A DNA stretch of 57,660 nt from an uncultured Eggerthellaceae bacterium (GCA_934623455.1 CAKTVK010000001.1:1-57660); one strand, 5' to 3'; positions 27,987 to 37,525 are shown, numbered from the stretch's first letter. A program made the numbers and translations. Notes: a model not told the origin generated them from the letters alone.

Positions 27987-29086
27987 TGGCTGAGCAATTT
28001 TACTTCAACGGAAACGCGGCACTTGGCAATGCGCTTGAAAAGTGCCTGGTAGAAGCTGGTTTTTCGCGTACCTCTGCTCTCGCAGATGCTGATTACGTGT
28101 TCAGTTACCATCCGCTGCTTTCGCAGTTGGAGGATGCGTATTTCGATGCAAAGGGTTATTTGGCGCAGACAAAGAAAGGCGCGTGCCTTATTGATTTGAG
28201 CCCCGCGACCCCTGAGCTGGTGCGCGAGATTTCCGCGATTAGCAGCACGAGCGGGCTGTTCTACGTGGAGGCTCCGCTTTCCGTAGCTGACACAACGCTT
28301 GATGACGCTTTTTCGCAGCAATCGAACTTGAGCTGCTGCGTTGCGGGCGACAAGCCCGACATTGCGAAAGCTCAGAAGATTCTGCAAGATTTCGTGGGCA
28401 CGATTCGCGTGACGGGCGAGCCGGGATCGGCGCAGCTGGCGCACGCTGCTTGGACGCTTCAGCACACGGCGCAGCTGTTCGCCGCTATTGAAGCCGAGGC
28501 GTTATATCGTGCGTTCCTGCGCATTCCCACCACGGCTGCTGCGGCGTCTGCTGCGGGTGCGAGTCCTGCAGGTGATGCGGAAGCCGCTATTGCGCAGGCT
28601 GTTGTCCAGAAGCATTTCGCGGGAACGTATACCGTTGAGATGTTCATGGCCGATCTTTCCGCTGCGCTTACGGCTGCCGAAGAGGCCGATTTGAGCCTTC
28701 CCCAGGCAGAAGCTTGCATGAATTTGCTGGAGCTTTTGGCAATTATCGGCGGTTCGGATTTGTCTCCTGTTTCGCTGGCGCTTATCTATGACGAGGAAGA
28801 AGCGGCTGCGACCTGCGGTCTTGATTGGTCGCGCACGCAGGAATACACGCAAGAACTGGGCGCTCACGAGCACGAGCACCATCATGACGGTGCAGCAGGC
28901 GAAGGCTCTGCGGAAGGTGATGCCGATTCGTGCGATGGCACGCTGGACGACTTCGATGCGCAACTTGATAGCTTTAGCGGCTTTGATGATTCCGCAGATG
29001 CGATGGATGACGATTTCGACGAATTCGCCAGCGACGACGATGACGATGATGATTTCGGCGGTTATGCGGATTTAATCAACCGTTAG
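27986..29086 (+). CDS. HIBADH/6-PGDH-fold protein with degenerate cofactor and catalytic motifs and a poly-acidic tail (probable pseudo-enzyme)
   Basis: It is collinear with 3-hydroxyisobutyrate-dehydrogenase-type proteins (..ACLIDLSPATPE..YVEAPLS..). The glycine loop reads FNGNAALG, and the usual ..GxGxxxK.. segment reads GSAQLAH. The C-terminus is DDDFDEFASDDDDDDDFGG. TAATG overlaps the degV stop. Confidence 0.5.
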   Translation: MAEQFYFNGNAALGNALEKCLVEAGFSRTSALADADYVFSYHPLLSQLEDAYFDAKGYLAQTKKGACLIDLSPATPELVREISAISSTSGLFYVEAPLSVADTTLDDAFSQQSNLSCCVAGDKPDIAKAQKILQDFVGTIRVTGEPGSAQLAHAAWTLQHTAQLFAAIEAEALYRAFLRIPTTAAAASAAGASPAGDAEAAIAQAVVQKHFAGTYTVEMFMADLSAALTAAEEADLSLPQAEACMNLLELLAIIGGSDLSPVSLALIYDEEEAAATCGLDWSRTQEYTQELGAHEHEHHHDGAAGEGSAEGDADSCDGTLDDFDAQLDSFSGFDDSADAMDDDFDEFASDDDDDDDFGGYADLINR

Positions 29087-29100
29087 ATTGACCAGGGGAT

Positions 29101-30099
29101 ATGACCTCTTTTATCGACAACAAGGCTACTGTGGCCACAGATGAAAGCAACCAAGCCTGCCTCGAAGCATCGTGGCAGGCTTTGCTTCCTTCTGCCTGCG
29201 ATTGGTGCCCGCGTCGGTGCGGCGCGAACCGCGCTGCAGGCGAGAAAGGCTTCTGCGGCGCCGACGATACGGTTCGTGTGGCGCGCGCGGCACTGCATTT
29301 TTGGGAGGAGCCTCCGCTGTCAGGTGAGGCGGGAAGCGGTGCGGTGTTCTTTAGCGGCTGTCCGTTGCGCTGCTGCTTTTGCCAGAATGCCGTTATTGCC
29401 GCAGATCAAGTGGGTAAAGAAATCTCGCCTGAGCGGTTGGATCAGATATTCTTTGAGCTGCGCGACCAAGGGGCGCTCAATATCAACTTAGTGACGCCGA
29501 CACATTATGCGCCGCTGATTGCCCCTGTTGCGCTGCATGCGCGCGCACAGGGTTTTGACTTGCCGTTTGTCTGGAACACATCGGGGTATGAAACGGTAGA
29601 AGCGCTGCATGCGATTGCTCCGGTTGCCGATGTTTTCTTGGCTGATTTCAAGTACGCTCATTCCGAGCTTGCCCGAAAGTTTTCACATGCGGTGGATTAT
29701 CCGGCAGTTGCTTTAGATGCGCTTGATGCTATGGTTGAAATTACAGGAGAGCCACAATTTGATGAGTACCATGGCCAGTTTCGTATGACGCGCGGCGTGG
29801 TGGTGCGCCATTTGCTGTTGCCGGGACATGTGCCCGAATCGTGCGCTGCTGTTGAGCTTTTGTTTAAACGTTACGGCGAAAAAGTGCTGTTATCCCTGAT
29901 GAATCAATACACACCGGTAATGGAAGCATCAAGTGCGGCCGCACAAAAATACCCTGAGTTGCTGCGTGCACCTTCCTCGAAAGAGTACGAGCAGCTGCTT
30001 GACTCCGCCGATTTGCTGGGTATTGAGGATTATTTCTGGCAAGAGGGCGGCGCTATTGACGAGAGTTTCATTCCTGCGTTTGATTTTACGGGCGTGTAG
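29101..30099 (+). CDS. radical SAM protein, PflX-like (pyruvate formate-lyase activase homologue family, COG1313-type)
   Basis: CDWCPRRCGANR..GFCG.., ..HFWEEPPLSG..GSGAVFFSGCPLRCCFCQN. Confidence 0.8.
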   Translation: MTSFIDNKATVATDESNQACLEASWQALLPSACDWCPRRCGANRAAGEKGFCGADDTVRVARAALHFWEEPPLSGEAGSGAVFFSGCPLRCCFCQNAVIAADQVGKEISPERLDQIFFELRDQGALNINLVTPTHYAPLIAPVALHARAQGFDLPFVWNTSGYETVEALHAIAPVADVFLADFKYAHSELARKFSHAVDYPAVALDALDAMVEITGEPQFDEYHGQFRMTRGVVVRHLLLPGHVPESCAAVELLFKRYGEKVLLSLMNQYTPVMEASSAAAQKYPELLRAPSSKEYEQLLDSADLLGIEDYFWQEGGAIDESFIPAFDFTGV

Positions 30100-30181
30100 C
30101 TCTTCGCACCTGCGGTTGCGCGTTTTGCACACGGGTCACCCGCGCGCGGTTGGTTGCCGCAGGCAATTGCATCTATGTAAA

Positions 30182-30214
30182 GAAGGCATCAAGCGAGAAA
30201 CGCTCAATGCCTTC
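30182..30214. terminator. bidirectional-type hairpin between convergent genes (radical SAM and purF)
   Basis: GAAGGCAT-CA-AGCG-agaaa-CGCT-CA-ATGCCTTC. On the minus strand it is followed by TTTACAT. Confidence 0.55.
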
Positions 30215-30239
30215 CCATTCAAATCTTTCTATTAAGCAC

Positions 30240-31658
30240 TTACACGCTGATGCTGCCACTGAAGCGGTATTTTCGCGTGTCGCTGGGAACAGCAGTGGGG
30301 TAGTTGCCGTCGAAGCAAGCGGTGCAGTATCCTTTTTCGGGCGCATCGCCGAGCAGGCGTTTTACCGAATCAACGCTCAAGTACCCCACGCTATCGGCGC
30401 CAATGATTGCGGCGATTTCTTCCCATTCGCGCCCTACGGCAATAAGGTTCTCGCGGGAATCTACATCGGTACCGTAATAGCAAGGATTCAAAAACGCGGG
30501 CGATGAGCTGCGGAAATGAATCTCTTTTGCACCAGCATCGCGCAAGCTTTTTACAATGCGGCGCGCCGTGGTGCCGCGCACAATGGAGTCGTCGATGAGT
30601 ATCACGCGCTTACCGGCAACAGAGCTCCTAATGGGGTTCAGCTTTAAGTTCACTTTCTTCTCGCGATTGCCTTGACCGGGTGCGATGAACGTACGTGCAA
30701 TGTACTTATTTTTCACGAAACCGATTTCATAAGGAATGCCTGAAGCGCGCGAATAACCCAACGCCGCATCCAGTCCCGAATCGGGAACGCCGATAACAAC
30801 ATCGGCCTGAGCAGGACATTCCTGTGCCAAGAATTCTCCCGCTTTGACACGAGCTTCGTGCACCGTAACGTCATCGAGCAGGGAATCGGGGCGCGCGAAA
30901 TAGACGGCCTCGAACACGCAGAAGGAACGCGGTTCTTTCTTGCAGTGATCGGTTAAGCTGCGAATGCCTTCCTTGCTGAACACCATGACTTCGCCAGGTT
31001 CGATTTCGCGTACATAGGTGGCGCCCACAGCATCAAGCGCGCAGCTTTCCGAAGCCACAACATAGCCGCCTTCGGGTAGCGTGCCGTAGCACAGCGGACG
31101 GAAGCCCTGCTCATCGCGCAAAGCAATGAGTTTCGTAGGCGACATGATAACCAGCGAATAAGCGCCTTGGATTTTATTCATGGCACGGCTGGCGGCTTCT
31201 TCGATAGAGGGCGCTGTCAAGCGTTCGCGGGTGATCAGATACGATATGACCTCGGTGTCCGATGTCGTGTGAAAAATAGATCCTGTTTCCTCCAACGCGC
31301 TGCGCACTTCAAGCGCGTTCGTCAAGTTTCCGTTGTGCGCAAGGGCGGTATGTCCCTTCATGTGATTCACCACAATGGGTTGTACGTTATTCAGCTCGTT
31401 TCCGCCGGTGGTGCCGTATCGAGCATGACCAATTGCAATGGAGCCGTTGCCCAGCTGCGCAAGCGTTTCGGGTGGGAATACGTCGTTGACCAGGCCCAAT
31501 CCCTTGTGGACCGAGAACAGGCCATCTTTGTTCACGACAATGCCGCACGACTCCTGACCGCGATGTTGCAGTGCGGTCAGCCCTGCGAATACATAATCGG
31601 CCAAAGGTTGTTCGGTGGGCGTGTAGATGCCGAACACGCCGCATTCTTCATGGAGCAT
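30240..31658 (-). CDS. purF: amidophosphoribosyltransferase
   Basis: MLHEECGVFGIY (propeptide plus catalytic Cys), PRPP-binding RVILIDDSIVRGTT, and C-terminal Fe-S cysteines. The ORF-track start at 31859 is over-extended. Confidence 0.92.
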   Translation of the reverse strand: MLHEECGVFGIYTPTEQPLADYVFAGLTALQHRGQESCGIVVNKDGLFSVHKGLGLVNDVFPPETLAQLGNGSIAIGHARYGTTGGNELNNVQPIVVNHMKGHTALAHNGNLTNALEVRSALEETGSIFHTTSDTEVISYLITRERLTAPSIEEAASRAMNKIQGAYSLVIMSPTKLIALRDEQGFRPLCYGTLPEGGYVVASESCALDAVGATYVREIEPGEVMVFSKEGIRSLTDHCKKEPRSFCVFEAVYFARPDSLLDDVTVHEARVKAGEFLAQECPAQADVVIGVPDSGLDAALGYSRASGIPYEIGFVKNKYIARTFIAPGQGNREKKVNLKLNPIRSSVAGKRVILIDDSIVRGTTARRIVKSLRDAGAKEIHFRSSSPAFLNPCYYGTDVDSRENLIAVGREWEEIAAIIGADSVGYLSVDSVKRLLGDAPEKGYCTACFDGNYPTAVPSDTRKYRFSGSISV

Positions 31659-31680
31659 ATCAGTTGAACCTTTCGTTATG

Positions 31681-31722
31681 TTAAAAAGGGACGGGGACTT
31701 TTTAACATTTTTACCCCGTCCA
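31681..31722 (-). terminator. Rho-independent terminator after dapL
   Basis: On the minus strand, stem GGACGGGG..CCCCGTCC (plus-strand 31688-31696 / 31714-31721) is followed by a TTTTT run. Confidence 0.7.
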
Positions 31723-31756
31723 GGTGTGTAAGATGCCATAGGTGAAAAAGACCCCG

Positions 31757-32953
31757 TCACTTTTTCACCTTTTGGCACAGGCGAGCAAGGCGGCGCGCTG
31801 CTTCCTGGGTTTTTTCGGGGGTGTTGAATGCCGTCAAGCGGAAGTAGCCTTCGCCGCAATCGCCAAAGCCGCTACCGGGCGTTCCCACTACCTGCTCTTC
31901 GTTGAGCAGCATATCAAAGAAATCCCAGCTCGAAAGCTCACCCGGACAACGCATCCACACGTAGGGGGCATTCTTGCCGCCGCAGTACCACACACCTGCC
32001 TCATCGAGCGCTTCCATAAGCACGCGCGCATTTTGCTGGTAGATTGCAATGTTCTCACGGCATTGCTCTTGTCCTTCGGGCGAAAGCGCGGCCGCTGCTG
32101 CGCGTTGCAGCACGTACGAAATGCCGTTCGTTTTTGTGGTTCGGTTGCGCACCCACAGCGCGTTCAAGCTCAAATCCTCGCGCTTGAGGGCTTGCGGAAC
32201 AATGGTGTAGCCGCAGCGCGTACCCGTAAACCCAGCGGTCTTGCTGAACGAGCACACCTCAACCGCGCATTCCTTGGCGCCTTCAATCTCGTAGATGGAA
32301 TGGGGGATGGTGGAATCCTGGATGAATGCTTCGTAAGCGGCGTCGAAGATGATGACGGCCTGCTTTTCCTGCGCCCAGGCTATCCAAGCAGCCAGCTTCT
32401 CGCGGGAATACACGGCACCCGTGGGGTTGTTCGGGGAGCACAGGTACACAATATCCGCTTTGATCGCCGAATCGGGCAAGGGCGCAAAGCCATCATCGGC
32501 CGAAGAGGGAAGATGCAAAACGCTGTTGCCAGAAATGACGTTGGCGTCTACGTAGGCGGGGTAGGCTGGCTCAAGGACAAGCGCAGATATGCCGCGCGAG
32601 AAGATATCCAAAAGATCGGCCAAGTCATCTTTTGCGCCGCTTGATACGAAGATTTCGTTTTGCTCAAGAGAAATGCCGCGCTGCCGGTAGTAATCCTGCA
32701 CCGCCTGGCGGAAAAAGCCGGAGCCGACTTCTGCCTGGTAGCCTTCGAATGTTTCCTTTTTCGCCTGGTCATCAACTGCATGATGCATGGCATCGATTGA
32801 GGCGGCCGGCAAAGGAAGCGTTACATCGCCAATGCCCAGCTTGAGTAGCTCAGTGCCCGGGTTTTTGGACAGGTAATCCGCTACTTTTGCATCGATGGTG
32901 CGAAACAGGTACGAATCCTGCAGTTCCGTGTAATGGTGGTTCATTGAAGCCAT
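31757..32953 (-). CDS. dapL: LL-diaminopimelate aminotransferase
   Basis: ..ELQDSYLFRTIDAKV..LKLGIGDVTLPLP.. and a class I aminotransferase body (..FSKTAGFTGTRCGY..). It lies next to dapF. Confidence 0.8.
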   Translation of the reverse strand: MASMNHHYTELQDSYLFRTIDAKVADYLSKNPGTELLKLGIGDVTLPLPAASIDAMHHAVDDQAKKETFEGYQAEVGSGFFRQAVQDYYRQRGISLEQNEIFVSSGAKDDLADLLDIFSRGISALVLEPAYPAYVDANVISGNSVLHLPSSADDGFAPLPDSAIKADIVYLCSPNNPTGAVYSREKLAAWIAWAQEKQAVIIFDAAYEAFIQDSTIPHSIYEIEGAKECAVEVCSFSKTAGFTGTRCGYTIVPQALKREDLSLNALWVRNRTTKTNGISYVLQRAAAAALSPEGQEQCRENIAIYQQNARVLMEALDEAGVWYCGGKNAPYVWMRCPGELSSWDFFDMLLNEEQVVGTPGSGFGDCGEGYFRLTAFNTPEKTQEAARRLARLCQKVKK

Positions 32954-33001
32954 ATTCGTTCCTTTCGTGCGCCGTTTTTGATACGGCTCAAAACATCAGA
33001 A

Positions 33002-33032
33002 CGCGACGAGGGCACAATTTGCTCTCGTCGCG
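33002..33032 (-). terminator. hairpin after dapF
   Basis: 9-bp stem CGCGACGAG (33002-33010) / CTCGTCGCG (33024-33032). On the minus strand it is followed by GTTCTGATGTTTTG. Confidence 0.5.
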
Positions 33033-33056
33033 GGCAGTTCAAACAATAATCAAGCG

Positions 33057-33905
33057 CTAATCAAGGGTGGTGCCGTCGTAGACGAACGCTGCGGGGCCAG
33101 TCATGAGCACGTTGTTCTCGTAATCCACCGAAACGGTCAAGTCGCCTCCGTCAAGGTGTACGGTTGCTGGCATATCGCGCTGGCACAGGTGCGCCGAAAT
33201 TGCAGCCGCAACGCTCGCGCAGCTGCCGGTGCCGCATGCCATGGTAATGCCGCTACCGCGCTCCCACACGCGCATGCGAATTTCGGTCTTGCTTATGACC
33301 TGCACAAACTCAACGTTTACACCGCCAGGAAACGCGCTTGACTTTTCAAGAACGCTGCCCACTTCCGCAACAGGCGCTTTCTCGGCATCGCTCACAAAAA
33401 TTACGGCATGCGGGTTGCCCATATCAACGGGAATCACGGGAATGGGCTCTGCCCCGTTGCGGGAAGCGCAGAAAGCGTTGATCACTTCGTCGTAGAAGTA
33501 TCCGCAGTCAACTTTGACTTCCTGCTGCTGCGATACCTTCGCGTGGCCCATGTCAACGGTTACTTGCGCCGCTTTGCCATTTTCCACGGTAAGCTGCAGG
33601 TGCTTGATGCCCGAAAGCGTTTCAACGTCAATCTGGGTTTTGTCGGTGTACCCGCGGTCGTAAACATACTTTCCTACGCAGCGAATGCCGTTTCCGCACA
33701 TCATAGCTTCGCTGCCATCGGCATTGAAGATGCGCATTTTGAAGTCCGCCACCGAGCTGGGAAGAATGCAGATAACGCCATCGGATCCCGCACCAAAATG
33801 GCGATCGGAATATTTGATGGCAAGTTCCTCAATGTTTTCGGGTGTTTCCTGGCAATACAGATACAGGTAGTCGTTTCCCAAACCGTGCATCTTCGTGAAG
33901 TTCAT
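33057..33905 (-). CDS. dapF: diaminopimelate epimerase
   Basis: MNFTKMHGLGNDYLY.., catalytic Cys motifs ..MCGNGIRC.. and ..ACGTGSCA... ATG 33905 follows AGGAAGGAGAG. Confidence 0.92.
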   Translation of the reverse strand: MNFTKMHGLGNDYLYLYCQETPENIEELAIKYSDRHFGAGSDGVICILPSSVADFKMRIFNADGSEAMMCGNGIRCVGKYVYDRGYTDKTQIDVETLSGIKHLQLTVENGKAAQVTVDMGHAKVSQQQEVKVDCGYFYDEVINAFCASRNGAEPIPVIPVDMGNPHAVIFVSDAEKAPVAEVGSVLEKSSAFPGGVNVEFVQVISKTEIRMRVWERGSGITMACGTGSCASVAAAISAHLCQRDMPATVHLDGGDLTVSVDYENNVLMTGPAAFVYDGTTLD

Positions 33906-33934
33906 GGCTCTCCTTCCTTGGGGGGTAGCGCAGT

Positions 33935-33962
33935 AAAGGGGCGCAATGTGAAGCGCCCCTTT
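33935..33962 (-). terminator. hairpin after glnN
   Basis: Perfect 10-bp stem AAAGGGGCGC (33935-33944) / GCGCCCCTTT (33953-33962) with an 8-nt loop. Confidence 0.6.
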
Positions 33963-33978
33963 CAAGGTTGCAAACTGC

Positions 33979-36069
33979 TTATACGTAGAACAGAATCTTG
34001 TTGTAAGACGGTACGGGCCAATCAGAGGTCGGGCACAAAATCTCAAGCTGATCGACTTCGGCACGTGCAGCTTCCATCAGCGGCACCAGCTCGTGAGCGT
34101 AAGCATTTGCTGCCTCTTGCGGATCTTCGATTTCAGCAATTTCCCTATGCTTTGCCGCCAGAGCCTCGTAGGCTTTCTTCGTGGCATCAAGGCCGGTCTG
34201 AATGCGTACCAGGTGTTCTTCCTGCGTGGCGGTGTCCAGTGCGGGCATTGCTGCGTTGATGGACACAATGTGGTCGGCAATCTTTGCAGCATAAGCACTG
34301 ATGGCGGGCAAGTACTGGCGGCGTAACATGCGGCGCATCGTGCGTGCTTCAATGTTGATAAGCTTGCAATACTTCTCCAGCTTTACTTCATAGCGGCTGC
34401 GAACCTCGGCTTCGGTAAGAACGTTGAACTCTTCGAACAGATCAATGCTCTTCTTGTCAACCAGGCAGGGCAGTGCATCGGCCGTGGTCTTGTGGTTTGC
34501 CAGGCCGCGACGTGCAGCTTCTTCTTCCCATTCGGCGGAGTAACCGTTGCCGTTGAAGATGATGCGCTGGTGGTCGGTCAGGGTCTTCTTCACGTAAGCG
34601 AAGGCCGCTTCCTGGAATGCTTCGCCTTCCAGACCCTCCATGGCATCGGCGAATTCCTTCAGGCTCTTTGCCATGGCAGTGTTCAGCACCGTGTTCGCAT
34701 CGGACAAGTTCATGGCGGAACCAGGCATGCGGAACTCGAACTTGTTGCCGGTGAAGGCAAACGGGCTGGTACGGTTGCGGTCCGTGGAGTCCTTCATGAA
34801 GTTAGGCAGCACGTCAACGCCCAAATCCATCATGGTCTTAGCGGTGCCTTCGTATTCCTTTCCGCTGATAAGCGCGCTTACAATGCTGTCAAGCTCATCG
34901 CCCAGGAAGATGGAGATGATTGCGGGGGGCGCCTCGTTTGCGCCCAAGCGGTGGTCGTTGCCAGCAGAGGCAACGGTCATGCGCAGCAGTTCTTGGTAAT
35001 CGTCAACTGCCTGCACAACGCCTGCCAAGAACACCAAGAAGCGCAAGTTATCCTGGGGGTTGTCGCCGGGATCAAGCAAGTTCTTGGTGCCTGCGGAAAT
35101 GGACCAGTTGTTGTGCTTGCCACTGCCGTTAATGCCCTCGAACGGCTTTTCGTGCTGCAGGCACACCAGGCCGTGATGGCTGGCCAAAAGGCGCATCTTT
35201 TCCATGGTGAGCAGGTTCTCGTCAATGCCGCGGTTCGCGTTCGTGAAGATAGGGGCAAGTTCATGCTGCGCCGGTGCCACTTCATTGTGCTTCGTCTTTG
35301 CGGAAACGCCCAGCGCCCACAGCTCGTCGTCGAGCTCCTTCATGAATTCGTTTACCGTGGGGCGAATGGCGCCAAAGTAATGCTCTTCAAGCTCTTGGCC
35401 CTTGCAGGGGGAGTAACCGAACAGCGTGCGGCCGGTCAAAATCAGGTCGGTGCGCTTCTCGTACTGCTCTTCGGAAATCAGGAAGTACTCTTGCTCGGCG
35501 CCAACGGTGGTTACCACGCGCTGCTTCGGTTCGCCGAAACATGCCAGCGCACGATTTGCCTGCTCATCGATGGCATTCATAGAGCGCAGCAGCGGCGTTT
35601 TCTCGTCAAGTGCTTCGCCCGTGTAGCTGCAAAACGCGGTGGGGATGCACAAAACTTCGTCCTTGATGAACGCGTACGACGTGGGGTCCCAAGCCGTGTA
35701 ACCGCGTGCCTCGAACGTGGCGCGCAGACCGCCCGAGGGGAAGCTTGATGCATCGGGCTCGCCTTGAATCAGCTCTTTGCCCGAGAACGACATAATGGCA
35801 CGACCATCGGGCTGGGGGTCCAGGAAGCCGTCGTGCTTTTCGGACGTGATGCCCGTAAGCGGCTGGAACCAGTGCGTGTAATGCGTGGCGCCCTTCTCGA
35901 TTGCCCATTCCTTCATGGCGTGTGCCACTACGTTTGCGACCTCTAGGTCAAGCGGCTCGCCTTCTTTGATGGTTTTCATAAGCTGCTTGAACGTATTCTT
36001 CGGCAGCCTTTCTCGCATGACGTGCTCGTTGAACACCATGGAACCAAAAATCTCTGGAACATTGCTCAT
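33979..36069 (-). CDS. glnN: glutamine synthetase type III
   Basis: [43 protein letters not shown].. The length of about 696 aa is typical of GSIII. ATG 36069 follows AGGAGG. Confidence 0.9.
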   Translation of the reverse strand: MSNVPEIFGSMVFNEHVMRERLPKNTFKQLMKTIKEGEPLDLEVANVVAHAMKEWAIEKGATHYTHWFQPLTGITSEKHDGFLDPQPDGRAIMSFSGKELIQGEPDASSFPSGGLRATFEARGYTAWDPTSYAFIKDEVLCIPTAFCSYTGEALDEKTPLLRSMNAIDEQANRALACFGEPKQRVVTTVGAEQEYFLISEEQYEKRTDLILTGRTLFGYSPCKGQELEEHYFGAIRPTVNEFMKELDDELWALGVSAKTKHNEVAPAQHELAPIFTNANRGIDENLLTMEKMRLLASHHGLVCLQHEKPFEGINGSGKHNNWSISAGTKNLLDPGDNPQDNLRFLVFLAGVVQAVDDYQELLRMTVASAGNDHRLGANEAPPAIISIFLGDELDSIVSALISGKEYEGTAKTMMDLGVDVLPNFMKDSTDRNRTSPFAFTGNKFEFRMPGSAMNLSDANTVLNTAMAKSLKEFADAMEGLEGEAFQEAAFAYVKKTLTDHQRIIFNGNGYSAEWEEEAARRGLANHKTTADALPCLVDKKSIDLFEEFNVLTEAEVRSRYEVKLEKYCKLINIEARTMRRMLRRQYLPAISAYAAKIADHIVSINAAMPALDTATQEEHLVRIQTGLDATKKAYEALAAKHREIAEIEDPQEAANAYAHELVPLMEAARAEVDQLEILCPTSDWPVPSYNKILFYV

Positions 36070-36147
36070 AGCCGGCCTCCTGTTCGGCGTTTTCCTTTTC
36101 GCATGATAAAAAGGTACGCCGGCAACGTTTCCAAAAAATTTCAAGCG

Positions 36148-36164
36148 CGTAACACTGCGTTACA
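36148..36164. promoter_or_regulatory. TnrA/GlnR-box-like palindrome upstream of glnN
   Basis: CGTAA-CACTGCG-TTACA compared with consensus TGTNA-N7-TNACA (1 mismatch). It lies 79-95 nt upstream of the glnN ATG. Confidence 0.4.
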
Positions 36165-36247
36165 GGTGAAGGATGTTCCTTTGTTGCGACTTTCAAAAGG
36201 CAGAGGCTGGCACGTCCGCGCGAAATGATGATTCAAGGCGCTCACCT

Positions 36248-36379
36248 GGTGATGCGGATGTGTGCGGCAAAACCATATCGCTTAAGGCACTCATGGGTCT
36301 TTTGCCTTTTGAGGGTGGCAAGATCACGGTCTGCGGAAATGACCTTTCGCGCATGGCGGAGCGTCAGCGCGCGCGTCTG
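36248..36379 (+). pseudogene. remnant of an ABC-transporter ATP-binding protein (Walker A region only)
   Basis: GDADVCGKTISLKALMGLLPFEGGKITVCGNDLSRMAERQRARL resembles G..G.GKT.LLKAL.GLL.P..G.I.V.G.DL. There are no Q-loop, signature or Walker B motifs downstream. Confidence 0.45.
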
Positions 36380-36544
36380 CATCTCGCTGCGTTAGAGCTG
36401 GTTGGGGGAAGGATCGAGTACTCGTCTCTTGATCGCAGCGCCTCGAACGCGCAATTCAAGATGGGGTTAATTAAAAGCACCAGCGCAGGCCGGTGTTTTT
36501 GGTCTCGAGGGCCGCTTTCAAGTCATGTTGTCGAAAAAATGAAG

Positions 36545-36717
36545 CTAATGTGCAAAATATTCCTGTTCGGGGTAGGTTAGAAGGTCTGAAAGCGCGCTTT
36601 TGGACGAATACTGGACATTTCCTGGTGCGCTAAAACGCATTTGCCCAGGTCGCTAGATTTTGCTGTCCGAAATGACTAAGTGACACCTACCCCGAACAGG
36701 AATATTTTGCGCATTAG
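36545..36717. mobile_element. 173-bp element bounded by 33-bp inverted repeats (MITE-like or invertible-segment-like)
   Basis: The left arm (36545-36577, CTAATGTGCAAAATATTCCTGTTCGGGGTAGGT) is the reverse complement of the right arm (36685-36717) with 1 mismatch. The spacer is 107 bp. Confidence 0.6.
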
Positions 36718-36862
36718 GGGCGAAAAAACGACAAGATAAACTTTTAAGCCAGCTGACCAAGCCCGCTATGCTACTTGATGTCCAAAAGTCGTTTTCGCTC
36801 CGTTGGTCACCGTTCAGCGTGGGTTTTGTAAAAGCGAACAGTGGGTCAGGGTATATTCACCC

Positions 36863-36899
36863 AATGATAGAAAAACTACCATTTGTTGGCGAATCGTAA
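36863..36899. repeat. left copy of a 37-bp direct repeat flanking the HTH/toxin-remnant cassette
   Basis: AATGATAGAAAAACTACCATTTGTTGGCGAATCGTAA matches 37616-37652 at 34 of 37 positions. Confidence 0.8.
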
Positions 36900-36919
36900 A
36901 CGTTTCTATGGCAAATCAT

Positions 36920-37246
36920 TCACAATTGACGCTGAATCAACGCAGGGTAAGAGCCTGATCGTTCATCGACCAGTCGAGGCGCCTCGAACTTGCAGTCAAG
37001 AGCCAGAGCCATTGCCGCCATGCTTTTCAATGTAAGATTCTGTCCATTTAATTTTTCGGATAAAGTTGAGGGTTTGATTCCTAGTTTTGCTGCCAAGTCA
37101 ACGAAGGACATGTTTTTCGCGGAGCAATGCGCAACTACCTGGTTTGAAAAGTCCATGGATGCCTCAAACGCGATTTCATCTGCTGTTAGACGTGGCAAAT
37201 CTATGTCTCCGAATATTGTTTTTTCATCGTACAATTTGCTCATCAT
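36920..37246 (-). CDS. XRE/HigA-like helix-turn-helix protein (putative antitoxin)
   Basis: HTH segment MSFVDLAAKLGIKPSTLSEKLNGQNLTLKSMAAMALAL. It lies downstream of, and overlaps, a toxin-like ORF. The start is uncertain (37261, 37246 or 37243). Confidence 0.65.
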   Translation of the reverse strand: MMSKLYDEKTIFGDIDLPRLTADEIAFEASMDFSNQVVAHCSAKNMSFVDLAAKLGIKPSTLSEKLNGQNLTLKSMAAMALALDCKFEAPRLVDERSGSYPALIQRQL

Positions 37247-37517
37247 TGCTCCTGCTTTCAAGTGCTTCTTCTAAATTTGATCTCATTGCATCAAGTTTTC
37301 TTAATAGTTTCGTTTGTCTGGAAGCGTCAATTCCTCGCTCGCTGACGGAGCCTATGGCCGCTGCAATCTTTCTTGCTGCCACTGCATCTCTGCTTTTCTG
37401 ATAAAACTCTTTAATTGGATTGACTCCATCCTCAGTAAGGAGAAATACATTATTTGAATAAGTTCGATCCGCAAGAGGGAACGGTTCCAATGAATATCCC
37501 AAAGCATCACCACTCAC
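37224..37517 (-). pseudogene. possible truncated Gp49/HigB-like (RelE superfamily, DUF891-type) toxin
   Basis: ..VFLLTEDGVNPIKEFYQKSRDAVAARKIAAAIGSVSERG.. resembles the N-terminal half of the family. The C-terminal core is absent. The only start is a GTG, and the ORF overlaps the HTH ORF by 38 nt. Confidence 0.35.
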
Positions 37518-37525
37518 TTTGGTCT

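Noticed and set aside
31742-35748. 300-aa (31742-32644,+), 283-aa (33408-34259,+) and 418-aa (34492-35748,+) ORFs.
   Set aside because: They are antisense to dapL, dapF and glnN, all of which carry diagnostic motifs.
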